Shown: positions 19,954 to 29,656 of the stretch, piece after piece
How the letters are laid out: each line of letters opens with the position of its first letter
Numbering within the stretch: the stretch's first letter is position 1
From: Kiritimatiellia bacterium
Lineage (GTDB): Bacteria > Verrucomicrobiota > Kiritimatiellia > JAAZAB01
Direction: 5' to 3'
Length of the DNA: 64,000 nt
Assembly: GCA_040767085.1 (NCBI GenBank)
Contig: JAXGPF010000009.1
Coordinates: 128,001-192,000, forward strand
The notes under the pieces: generated by a model
Database searches by the model: none
Seen by the model: only the letters and a program-made list of their open reading frames with translations
Told to the model about the DNA's origin: nothing
Made by a program: the position numbers and the translations under genes

Positions 19954-21487
19954 GTTTCCTCACCAGAATTTGTGGGTGATTACCGGTTCGGGCAATTGCC
20001 CAAGGGTATGATATAGCGCCATTTCCGCGCCATGAAAAGTTCTGAAGCCATAAGATCGTTTGGTAACCACTCGAGCTTTATTGTTCAAGCCCTCGGTTGC
20101 GCCAGTAAAAACCTCGTTTCTGGCTCTGATCCAGTTCAAAAGCAGCTCCTCGTGTTTAGCAATGGTTTTAGCCGCCTTAATGATTGGCGCAATGCGGCTA
20201 CGACAGGCGCGCTTGACCCATGCCTGGAGATAATTACGCGCCCAGGTTGGGCTGTGATAGCTCCAAAAATGCTGAAAGCTTTCCTTGAACAAATAGGCGC
20301 GGCCGGTTTGCAGTCTTGTGCCCAATATCCGATCAAGCATTTCGCGAGCTTTGCCGCGCACGCGGGTTTTGCGGCGCAGCAAGGTCCAGCGCATTTTCTT
20401 GAGTTTTTGCTTGGCCGCCGGACGCGCTGTCATCGCCGCCATATCCCGGCGCCGGACCTCGTCCACGGCGGCATTCAAGGTTTGCACGACATGGAAGCGG
20501 TCAATCATGTGGCAACCGTGGCTGAGGCTCGCAGCAATGACTTTCAGATAAGGTCGCCACATATCGCTACATATATGTCGAATGCCGGCCAGCACGGGTT
20601 TTCCCAAAGATTGCAACCCTTTACGCAGCGCGGCCGCCCGGCGGGTTTGGCCGACCCAGAGCAATCGGCGGCATTGCGCATCAATCTGATAGATCAAGGT
20701 CAGATAGTTCTTGCTCTTTTTACCGTTGCCTACGTGGAGTTCATCAACACCAATCGCCGTTATATTGGCCAATTCCCGGTGCGCCAAGCCCCATTCCACC
20801 ATCCACTCGACCGACCGATAAACCGCCTGCCAACTGACTTTGAAAATCAGCGCCGTCTCTTTCCAGGACAACCTCCGCGCCCAGTTCCCCAAAAAAAGCA
20901 TCAGCGCCTTGCTGTAGGGTCGTTTGCCATCGCTCCAAGGCAGCGCTTCCACCACCACGCCATGTTCGGGGCAATTTACCCGGCGCGGACTATAATGCAA
21001 AAAAGCCGGCACATTCAAAATGGGCACAAACGCCCATATCCGTTCAGGCAGAGTGTCGTATGTCGCCAGCGGTCGCCCGCAACGCGAGCAGCATGCCGCG
21101 CGTTGGCGATGCGGACGAATGCTTATATCCACTTTCCATTGGCCGCGACGATCCAAAACCATACAAGTTTCCTGATAAATAAAACGTTTCAAAGGTTGCA
21201 AACGATTCAAAATTGTTTTAAGTTTCACCTTGGGCTGGTCCTCCTTTTTTTGTGTTCACCCATTGCATACGCAATGGATTACGGAAAGGCCAGCCTATTT
21301 TTTTGCCGCCGCTTTATCTCCGTTCCGCCATCGCGCCAATCAGGAGTTATTAATCAGGCTGCTGCGGGGCCGCCAAACGCCCAAAGCGGCAGGCTGTTAA
21401 TAACTCCACCATCTTTTGGCGCCATTGCTTGGAGAACTTCTTAAACTTTAAAACCTGTTTTTTACCCACAAATTCTGGTTAGGAGCC
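19954..21487 (-). mobile_element. ISL3 element, intact copy B
   Basis: Same sequence and length as copy A; TSD AAAAATAT. Confidence 0.95.
19960..21228 (-). CDS. ISL3 transposase
   Basis: Protein identical to 17692-18960. Confidence 0.95.
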   Translation of the reverse strand: MKLKTILNRLQPLKRFIYQETCMVLDRRGQWKVDISIRPHRQRAACCSRCGRPLATYDTLPERIWAFVPILNVPAFLHYSPRRVNCPEHGVVVEALPWSDGKRPYSKALMLFLGNWARRLSWKETALIFKVSWQAVYRSVEWMVEWGLAHRELANITAIGVDELHVGNGKKSKNYLTLIYQIDAQCRRLLWVGQTRRAAALRKGLQSLGKPVLAGIRHICSDMWRPYLKVIAASLSHGCHMIDRFHVVQTLNAAVDEVRRRDMAAMTARPAAKQKLKKMRWTLLRRKTRVRGKAREMLDRILGTRLQTGRAYLFKESFQHFWSYHSPTWARNYLQAWVKRACRSRIAPIIKAAKTIAKHEELLLNWIRARNEVFTGATEGLNNKARVVTKRSYGFRTFHGAEMALYHTLGQLPEPVITHKFW

Positions 21488-21688
21488 AAAAATATCATGG
21501 CTCACCAGTGCATGTAAATACAATCTGTTACCTGATTACGGCGTCCGGATGAACCTCGAAACGTGCCGGAAGTAGATATACATAAAAAGGATCACACACA
21601 ACGACTTACGTAGTTTGTAACCATTGGCTGACCAATGGGTTTGGATCCAGGGAAATTCAGGCAAAAAGGCGGGCGGATTGGTGTTGAT

Positions 21689-22459
21689 ATGGGATCAACC
21701 ACAACAAAATTTATTCCCGGCGGCTACTACATCAAGGCGCGGTGTAGTGCCGACAGCGCGGTGGCGCATGCCCCACCCCATGTACGTGAAATTTGGGATT
21801 ACCTGCTGAGCCGGGCGCTCTTTAAGGACGGGAAGTGGCTTAAACGCGGAGAAGTCAGCACAAGTTACACAGAAATCAGGAGCGCCCTTTCGTGGTTTGT
21901 TGGGTGGCGCAAAATGCAGTATTCGAAATCGCAATGCGAAACTGCCATGAAATGGTTAAAGGCTGCCTCCATGATAACTACGCGTAGAACCACACGGGGT
22001 TTTATCATAACCATTTGTAATTACGGGAAATATCAAGACCCGAAGAATTATGAAAGCCACAGCGAAATCACGGTGAATGCCACAGGAACGCCACAAACCT
22101 CCGATACCACAGAGAAGAATGATGATAAACGGGATAAAGATAAAACCCTCTCGGGGGATGGGGGTGATCCAGTTTATCAAATACTTCATGTTTGTGCAAA
22201 GCTACGTGCTATGACCTACGATCAATATTGGAATGTACGCAAGGGGTTTTCGCCGCCGCCCACATTAGACTGGCTAGCTTTGTCACAACGCACAGTTGCG
22301 GAGGCAATATTAATGTCCGATCCGATCCGGAACCCAGCATTGTTTTGGCGGAGGCAGATCCAAAAAGCCCTAGGTGTGCAGCGTTCCTCCCAAATACAGA
22401 CATCGGCGCTGGATCATGCTGATGGCCAAGCGAGCATACGGGCAGCATTTAAGATTTGA
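21689..22459 (+). CDS. Phage-type replication initiator (replisome-organiser-like)
   Basis: GGYYIKAR...PPHVREIWDYL...RGEVSTSY...TTRGFIITICNYGKYQ pattern followed by a low-complexity linker. Confidence 0.65.
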   Translation: MGSTTTKFIPGGYYIKARCSADSAVAHAPPHVREIWDYLLSRALFKDGKWLKRGEVSTSYTEIRSALSWFVGWRKMQYSKSQCETAMKWLKAASMITTRRTTRGFIITICNYGKYQDPKNYESHSEITVNATGTPQTSDTTEKNDDKRDKDKTLSGDGGDPVYQILHVCAKLRAMTYDQYWNVRKGFSPPPTLDWLALSQRTVAEAILMSDPIRNPALFWRRQIQKALGVQRSSQIQTSALDHADGQASIRAAFKI

Positions 22460-22570
22460 AAGGCGTGCAATTTTATGGATGGACGATGCGTAAAAAATAT
22501 GCTCAACCAGCGCGCACAAAACGTGTGCGAGTTCCTGCTGCCTGGCGGCAAGGTTGAAGGCCACAATTAT

Positions 22571-24104
22571 GTTTCCTCACCAGAATTTGTGGGTGATTAC
22601 CGGTTCGGGCAATTGCCCAAGGGTATGATATAGCGCCATTTCCGCGCCATGAAAAGTTCTGAAGCCATAAGATCGTTTGGTAACCACTCGAGCTTTATTG
22701 TTCAAGCCCTCGGTTGCGCCAGTAAAAACCTCGTTTCTGGCTCTGATCCAGTTCAAAAGCAGCTCCTCGTGTTTAGCAATGGTTTTAGCCGCCTTAATGA
22801 TTGGCGCAATGCGGCTACGACAGGCGCGCTTGACCCATGCCTGGAGATAATTACGCGCCCAGGTTGGGCTGTGATAGCTCCAAAAATGCTGAAAGCTTTC
22901 CTTGAACAAATAGGCGCGGCCGGTTTGCAGTCTTGTGCCCAATATCCGATCAAGCATTTCGCGAGCTTTGCCGCGCACGCGGGTTTTGCGGCGCAGCAAG
23001 GTCCAGCGCATTTTCTTGAGTTTTTGCTTGGCCGCCGGACGCGCTGTCATCGCCGCCATATCCCGGCGCCGGACCTCGTCCACGGCGGCATTCAAGGTTT
23101 GCACGACATGGAAGCGGTCAATCATGTGGCAACCGTGGCTGAGGCTCGCAGCAATGACTTTCAGATAAGGTCGCCACATATCGCTACATATATGTCGAAT
23201 GCCGGCCAGCACGGGTTTTCCCAAAGATTGCAACCCTTTACGCAGCGCGGCCGCCCGGCGGGTTTGGCCGACCCAGAGCAATCGGCGGCATTGCGCATCA
23301 ATCTGATAGATCAAGGTCAGATAGTTCTTGCTCTTTTTACCGTTGCCTACGTGGAGTTCATCAACACCAATCGCCGTTATATTGGCCAATTCCCGGTGCG
23401 CCAAGCCCCATTCCACCATCCACTCGACCGACCGATAAACCGCCTGCCAACTGACTTTGAAAATCAGCGCCGTCTCTTTCCAGGACAACCTCCGCGCCCA
23501 GTTCCCCAAAAAAAGCATCAGCGCCTTGCTGTAGGGTCGTTTGCCATCGCTCCAAGGCAGCGCTTCCACCACCACGCCATGTTCGGGGCAATTTACCCGG
23601 CGCGGACTATAATGCAAAAAAGCCGGCACATTCAAAATGGGCACAAACGCCCATATCCGTTCAGGCAGAGTGTCGTATGTCGCCAGCGGTCGCCCGCAAC
23701 GCGAGCAGCATGCCGCGCGTTGGCGATGCGGACGAATGCTTATATCCACTTTCCATTGGCCGCGACGATCCAAAACCATACAAGTTTCCTGATAAATAAA
23801 ACGTTTCAAAGGTTGCAAACGATTCAAAATTGTTTTAAGTTTCACCTTGGGCTGGTCCTCCTTTTTTTGTGTTCACCCATTGCATACGCAATGGATTACG
23901 GAAAGGCCAGCCTATTTTTTTGCCGCCGCTTTATCTCCGTTCCGCCATCGCGCCAATCAGGAGTTATTAATCAGGCTGCTGCGGGGCCGCCAAACGCCCA
24001 AAGCGGCAGGCTGTTAATAACTCCACCATCTTTTGGCGCCATTGCTTGGAGAACTTCTTAAACTTTAAAACCTGTTTTTTACCCACAAATTCTGGTTAGG
24101 AGCC
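22571..24104 (-). mobile_element. ISL3 element, intact copy C
   Basis: Same sequence and length as copy A; TSD ACAATTAT. Confidence 0.95.
22577..23845 (-). CDS. ISL3 transposase
   Basis: Protein identical to 17692-18960. Confidence 0.95.
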   Translation of the reverse strand: MKLKTILNRLQPLKRFIYQETCMVLDRRGQWKVDISIRPHRQRAACCSRCGRPLATYDTLPERIWAFVPILNVPAFLHYSPRRVNCPEHGVVVEALPWSDGKRPYSKALMLFLGNWARRLSWKETALIFKVSWQAVYRSVEWMVEWGLAHRELANITAIGVDELHVGNGKKSKNYLTLIYQIDAQCRRLLWVGQTRRAAALRKGLQSLGKPVLAGIRHICSDMWRPYLKVIAASLSHGCHMIDRFHVVQTLNAAVDEVRRRDMAAMTARPAAKQKLKKMRWTLLRRKTRVRGKAREMLDRILGTRLQTGRAYLFKESFQHFWSYHSPTWARNYLQAWVKRACRSRIAPIIKAAKTIAKHEELLLNWIRARNEVFTGATEGLNNKARVVTKRSYGFRTFHGAEMALYHTLGQLPEPVITHKFW

Positions 24105-26022
24105 ACAATTATGTCATTGGGAACATCCGCGGTGATTCCGGACAAAGCCTTAAAATCGGTATCGTTGGTAATCAATGCGGCATTTTCCATGACTTTGCCG
24201 ATCCGGCAGTCAAGGGCAACAACTTGCTTGAATTGTGGCGCCAGGTGAAAGGCATTTCATTCAGGGATGCCCTGGCGCAGGCCAAGGAGTATCTTGGCGT
24301 GCGCGAAGATGCCTGGAAACGAGTTGGGCCCCCACCAGCCTCCAGGGAGCCGCAAGGTGGCACCAAGCGACTGGAAGACGAATTCAAAATTGTGACCGAG
24401 GGATCTCCGGTTTGGAAATGGCTCACCGAAAAACGCAATATCTCTCCCATGACGATTCTTAAATATCGGATTGGCGAAGCATTTATTCAAAAAGGTGGCC
24501 GTAATTGTATTGTTTTCCCCTCTTTTGACCTGGCCGGCAATTTGGTGCGTATGAAATTCCGCGATATTGCCGATAAAAAATATATGTTTTTGCATCCTAA
24601 CTCAACAAATGCGTCCTTATACCGGCACGGTGCACCCTTACACCTATTCGGTCTACAGGGGGTTGACGCGCAAACAGATATTCTCGTGATTACGGAGGGC
24701 GAGATCGATGCATTGTCGTTTGCCGAATGGGGATATCCTGCGGTTTCACTGCCAATTGGAGCCCAGCCACACGATACCTCTGAAAAATGTTCACATGACA
24801 CCTGGATTGAAGCCGATTATGACTGGCTGGAGGCGTTTGTTACGATATACCTCGCAATGGATGGAGATGATGCCGGCCAGCAAGCCGCAAAGCTTTTGAT
24901 TCCACGGCTGGGGCGTGAGCGGGTTATGGTGGTTGATTATCCGGCCGGCTGCAAAGATGGCAATGATTGTGTGATAAAGGGGGTTGGCATTGACGGCATA
25001 ATTGAGCATGCCCGTAATTTGGATCCCGATGAGCTGAAAAAACCCAGCCACTTCCGGGAAGAAGTCTGGGAGCGCTTCTATCCGGTGGGAGGAGTTGAAC
25101 CAGGTGATGATCTGCCGTGGTCCACGACGTCCGATCCGGATTCCACGCCATTCGCGTTTAGGTTCCGCGAATCTGAAGTAACAGTTTGGCAGGGCTTTAA
25201 CGGGCACGGAAAGACAATTGCCTTGAGCCACTGCCTAATTAATTTCGCAGCCTGTGGACGGCGCTCATGTGTGGCCAGCCTTGAAATGCCGGCCAGTTTG
25301 ACTTTGCAGAATATGGTGCGTCAGGCTATCGGGCACGGTAAGCCGGCTAACCGATCGGAATTTGATCAAGCCATGGACTGGTTGGATCGGAATTTATGGG
25401 TGTATGATTTTACAGGTTCGGCGGATTCGCGCCATATTTTAGAATGCTGGGAATACGCCGCGAAAAAATACGGCATACATCATTTTGTTCTGGATTCTCT
25501 TATGAGATTAAAGGATGTCTCCAGCGTAGATTTTGATGCGCAGAAAGATCTGATGAATCGGCTGAATGACTTTGCCAAGAAATTCAAAGCGCATGTCCAT
25601 TTGGTGGCACATAGCAAAAAGCCTGACATAAAACATCCGAAGGAGAAAAACTGGCCGGGAGAACTGGATATTTCCGGATCAAGCGATATCCCCAATGGTG
25701 CGTGGAATGTTTTATGCATGTGGCGCAACGAAGCCAAGCAAATTGAGTTAGAGGCCATATATCAAAAATTAAAGGTTCCGCGGCTTAATGCTGATGAGCG
25801 TTGCGAGCTTGAAATGGAGCTTAACGATGTTAATAAGAGGTATGATGCAATGCTTATTGTTCAAAAGCAGCGCACTACTGGCGCATTCCCATTATATCGT
25901 CAATTGTGGTTTGACGGCGGTCGGGATGGAAGCTGGCAATTTGGCCCAGAACGCGATTTCCGGGTGGTTTCATCTGTTGGACACGATGTTTTGAAATAAT
26001 TCTATTGATTTTTCATGTCGTT

Positions 26023-26054
26023 TGTCATATATATACCTTCGTCTATATATGACA
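26023..26054. promoter_or_regulatory. Inverted repeat upstream of the resolvase (candidate res/operator site)
   Basis: TGTCATATATA-N10-TATATATGACA, a perfect 11-bp IR just before the recombinase start. Confidence 0.55.
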
Positions 26055-26069
26055 GAAATGACGGGCGAC

Positions 26070-26747
26070 ATGAATACAACCGCAGAGAACAAGGGAAAAT
26101 TCGTAGCCTACTACCGTGTTTCAACCGAGCAGCAAGGCCGATCCGGGCTGGGCTTGGAAGCGCAGAAGAAAGCCGTCCTGGACTATTTGAGCGGCGGCCA
26201 GTGGGAGCTTATCGCGGAGTTCACCGAGATCGAGAGCGGAAAAAAGGCGGACCGGCCGGAGCTTGAGAAGGCGCTGAAACTGTGCAAGAAGATGCGGGCA
26301 TTGCTGGTTATCGCCAAGTTGGACCGCCTCGCACGCAATGTTCATTTTATTTCAGGCCTGATGGAGCGTGGCATAAAGTTCTGCGCCGTAGAATTCCCCA
26401 ATGCCGACCCGTTTATGCTCCACGTTCATGCCGCCATGAGCGAACACGAGCGCCGGCTGATTAGCGCCCGCACGAAGGCGGGGCTTGCCATTGCCAAGGC
26501 ACGTGGAGTCATACTGGGCCGGCACGGGGCCGTCCTGGCCCGCCAGAATGCGGCCAAGGCCAAGGCACAAGCACGGGAATTGAAGCCGGTTATCAAGCAG
26601 ATTCGCAATGCGGGCAAGCTCAGTGTCCGGGAAATAATGGAGGAACTCAACCGGCGCGATATCAAGACGCAACGCGGCGGCGCCTGGCACCCACACACCG
26701 TAAACGTCCTCCTCCATCGGATTGATGGCACAGGCAAGCCCAGCTAG
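26070..26747 (+). CDS. Small serine recombinase (resolvase/invertase)
   Basis: YYRVST (catalytic Ser), ESGK..DRPEL, KLDRLARN and ERRLISARTKAGL. Confidence 0.93.
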   Translation: MNTTAENKGKFVAYYRVSTEQQGRSGLGLEAQKKAVLDYLSGGQWELIAEFTEIESGKKADRPELEKALKLCKKMRALLVIAKLDRLARNVHFISGLMERGIKFCAVEFPNADPFMLHVHAAMSEHERRLISARTKAGLAIAKARGVILGRHGAVLARQNAAKAKAQARELKPVIKQIRNAGKLSVREIMEELNRRDIKTQRGGAWHPHTVNVLLHRIDGTGKPS

Positions 26748-27349
26748 ACGAGTAATCACTGCCACCCCTGCCCCAACGCCAGGCAAGCCGGCCCCCACCC
26801 ACCAAACTGACACGCCCACTACGATTTCACTCGCCCTGGGGCATCCTGGGACATCTAAAAAACACCAGCGCCAGCTACCAGATTCCGACACACCCAGTCC
26901 GGACACCCACAGCCTCCTTCCCATACTCAATCGGCACCACCTACCGGCAAACGCCCCCAGACAGGGGGCGGGGGGGGGTGCGCCCGCGCATGAGCCTGCT
27001 TGAATGAATAATGGGTTTACGCAGCACAAAATTTCTGGCAAAGGGCGCCGGCTCAGGCCGCACGTAATATCGAGATAAATTTTACACTGCGAAATATTCA
27101 AACATTGACATCCTAATATTTTTAACGACAATCCGGCTATTGACAATGCCGACATACGGGGTTGGCTTTATGCGGTGGAAATTGCCTAGCGTCGAATGCG
27201 CCCGCATAAAACCTGCTTCAATTACGTATAAAGTCTTCCTGGCCGGAATATTTTCAACCGCCAGATTGCGTAATGTTTTGTAATCAATAAGTTGCGAGAT
27301 CAATTAAGTTACACTTTTTAGTGTGTTTGGCGACGTCGCAAATCTGAAG

Positions 27350-27373
27350 TACGTATAATAACACTGTTCGGGC
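27350..27373 (+). other. Candidate integron attI / cassette core site
   Basis: AT-rich TATAATAACACT followed by GTTCGGGC (27366-27373), the exact complement of GCCCGAAC at the far end of the first gene. Confidence 0.5.
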
Positions 27374-27382
27374 GAGGACAAG

Positions 27383-27805
27383 ATGAACGAGAGAGAGATG
27401 CGGCAAGTTCTTGAGCTGGGCGACAAGCGCAACGATCTACTGTATCCCTGGTTGCGCTGGCTCATCGTCTTCGCTGCCGGCAGTCTCGCCGTTCTTGTCT
27501 CCCTCCATGGTGACAAGCCTTTCCATGGCATCCCAGGCATCATGATGAAGGCTTCATGGTTGCTTCTCGGAGCGGGCGTAGTCTTCGGGACGTTCGCCCT
27601 GTACATCGAAGTCTGGACTGCACGACGAATCCTGAAGGAATTCGTCCGGCGTAAGCGCGAGCGGGACTTGAACGGAGTTGAGACTGCCCCACGGTCCCCA
27701 ATCGTCGTGACAGCACCACGCGTACTCCGCCTCTGTGAACCGGCATGTTATGTAAGTCTTCTCGGAGCGGTCGTGGCACTCATGGCCTACATCGTGTTCA
27801 AATGA
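27383..27805 (+). CDS. Hypothetical membrane protein (cassette gene)
   Basis: Three hydrophobic segments; GAGGA RBS immediately after the core site. Confidence 0.75.
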   Translation: MNEREMRQVLELGDKRNDLLYPWLRWLIVFAAGSLAVLVSLHGDKPFHGIPGIMMKASWLLLGAGVVFGTFALYIEVWTARRILKEFVRRKRERDLNGVETAPRSPIVVTAPRVLRLCEPACYVSLLGAVVALMAYIVFK

Positions 27806-27813
27806 CAACCGGA

Positions 27814-27889
27814 GCCCGAACATGACGCCGGAGCATATTTCCAAAGGCCGCGGATGGCCTTCGGAAAATGCTCAGCGTCGGCGTACATG
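27814..27889 (+). other. Integron attC-like recombination site (R' degenerate)
   Basis: GCCCGAAC-ATGACGCCGGAGCAT...GGCC-loop-GGCC...ATGCTCAGCGTC-GGC-GTACATG: imperfect palindrome with an unpaired base in the L box. Confidence 0.65.
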
Positions 27890-27893
27890 ACAA

Positions 27894-28787
27894 ATGAAAG
27901 CTCCAAGGAAACACCTTTACCGCTATTATTCAAATGCGGACTTCATCTTGGACGTTCTGCGGTATAGACGGCTTTACCACTGCCTCCCCATGGAATTCAA
28001 TGACCCGTTCGACTGTAGACCGTTATTGACGATTCGGCATAGCAAGTGCAACAACGGCACATGGCATAAATTGTTTTTCCATTTAGCGAAATTCCAATAC
28101 CCAGAAGAGACCACTGAAGAACTCACAAAACACGCAGACGCTGCCATGGCAAAAGGACTCCATAAAGATACCGCATGGCTTAGCGAAGTTGACGAAACGT
28201 TCAAAACCATTGGTTCTTTAGTGCGGGTATGTTGTTTCGCTACAGATGCTCGCAACATGATGATGTGGACACACTATGCCGCCAACCATCAGGGACTGGC
28301 CCTCGTGTTTCGCACCGCCTTCCTGCTCGATGATCAATCGAAAGAATTTCGAGGACAGGCGGTGACCTATGTGCCTTCCGCACTTGGAGTTCACGAATAC
28401 GTGGATGCAATTGAAAAAGATTCGACCAATGAAGATTCTGCTGCAATGGCCCGCATAATCTACTCAACAAAGACTAAGCACTGGCGAGGCGAAGAAGAGA
28501 TCCGGTTCTTCACATCAAAAGAACGCACCCATCTTTCCTTTCCGGAATCAGCTCTCTGCGCTATCGTATTTGGAGATCGATGCTGGGAACACTTAATTGG
28601 ACATGTGATTGAAGCCCTTAAAGACTGGGATCATAAACCACGGCTATTTAAGGCATCCATAACAAAGGCAACACACAAACTCTGGATAGGAAGACACCAA
28701 TTGTCACCTCATCCTGTGGCAAATCAAGCCCACGATGATTCACGCCTTCCGCTAATAAATGACAAACAAAACATGAAACAGGAATAA
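27894..28787 (+). CDS. DUF2971-like protein
   Basis: LYRY...FNDPFDC...VCCF...MWTHYAANHQGLAL...K.KHW..EEEIR. Confidence 0.85.
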   Translation: MKAPRKHLYRYYSNADFILDVLRYRRLYHCLPMEFNDPFDCRPLLTIRHSKCNNGTWHKLFFHLAKFQYPEETTEELTKHADAAMAKGLHKDTAWLSEVDETFKTIGSLVRVCCFATDARNMMMWTHYAANHQGLALVFRTAFLLDDQSKEFRGQAVTYVPSALGVHEYVDAIEKDSTNEDSAAMARIIYSTKTKHWRGEEEIRFFTSKERTHLSFPESALCAIVFGDRCWEHLIGHVIEALKDWDHKPRLFKASITKATHKLWIGRHQLSPHPVANQAHDDSRLPLINDKQNMKQE

Positions 28788-28791
28788 TAGA

Positions 28792-29301
28792 ATGATTTGG
28801 CTCTTGGCAACTTTAGCAATCCTTGTGTTTTTGGCGCTTATTCTGACCAAATTAACCCAATCGGGCAGAGTCAAGCAGTCCGAATATCCTTACCATAAAA
28901 CCGACACATTATTTTCGCCAGCCGAGCGCTCTTTCTACGGAGTCCTTGTCCAAACCGTGGGTGCAAATATAAAAATATTTGGGAAAGTTAGGGTTGCGGA
29001 TCTGGTTATCCCGCAAAAAGGCCTTTCGCGAAGCGATTGGCAAAAAGCCTTTAACAAGATTGCGGGAAAACATATTGATTTTATTCTATGCAACAGCGAC
29101 AACCTGTCTGTTATTTGCGCCATTGAGCTTGATGACAGATCCCATCAAGCTGCGGAAAGGCAGCGAAGGGATGAATTTATACGTGGCGTATGTGACAAGG
29201 CAAAGATCCCATTGATTCACATCACCGCGAAAGCGAGTTATGCCGTCAACGATATACGTCAACAGTTGTCGCCATATTTATCTGGTCAAAACCAACAATA
29301 A
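28792..29301 (+). CDS. DUF2726-like protein (membrane-anchored, nuclease-like fold)
   Basis: N-terminal TM; LFSPAERSF, KVRVADL, KHIDFILC, IELDDRSH and RD.F motifs. Confidence 0.88.
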   Translation: MIWLLATLAILVFLALILTKLTQSGRVKQSEYPYHKTDTLFSPAERSFYGVLVQTVGANIKIFGKVRVADLVIPQKGLSRSDWQKAFNKIAGKHIDFILCNSDNLSVICAIELDDRSHQAAERQRRDEFIRGVCDKAKIPLIHITAKASYAVNDIRQQLSPYLSGQNQQ

Positions 29302-29332
29302 CGCACCACAATACACAGGAGGACATGTTGAT

Positions 29333-29656
29333 ATGAACCATTTAATTTCACTGGTCTTATTGGCGCTCATCGGTTTCGGCATATACTGGGTATTAGTCTT
29401 AAGAGCTCATGGAAAAACATGGAAGGCATTACCACAAGGAGATGACGCATTAATTGGCAAACACGGCATAGCACGATCTGCTTTAACGCCTTCCGGGATA
29501 GTGATCATTGACGGAAAACGTATAGATGCTTTTGCAGAAGGTGACATGATAGAATCGGGCAGAAAAATAATTGTAACCAGCGTGCGCCCTGGTCGTGTTG
29601 TTGTGGCGGCGGCCGATGAAATACCTGATCAGCCTTTAACATCAGAGCAAAAATGA
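29333..29656 (+). CDS. NfeD-like C-terminal domain protein
   Basis: TM helix followed by LIGKHGIARSALTPSGIVIIDGKRIDA..EG..IESG. Confidence 0.8.
   Translation: MNHLISLVLLALIGFGIYWVLVLRAHGKTWKALPQGDDALIGKHGIARSALTPSGIVIIDGKRIDAFAEGDMIESGRKIIVTSVRPGRVVVAAADEIPDQPLTSEQK

Larger units (their letters stand above)
22475..25999 (+). pseudogene. T7 gp4/Twinkle-like TOPRIM primase-DnaB helicase fusion, interrupted by ISL3 copy C
   Basis: MDGRC...LLPGGKVEGHNY (22475-22570) continues in frame as VIGNIRGDSG... at 24113; TOPRIM EGEID and DGDDAG; helicase GFNGHGKT, LDSLM, HLVAHSKK and DISGSSDI. Confidence 0.88.
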
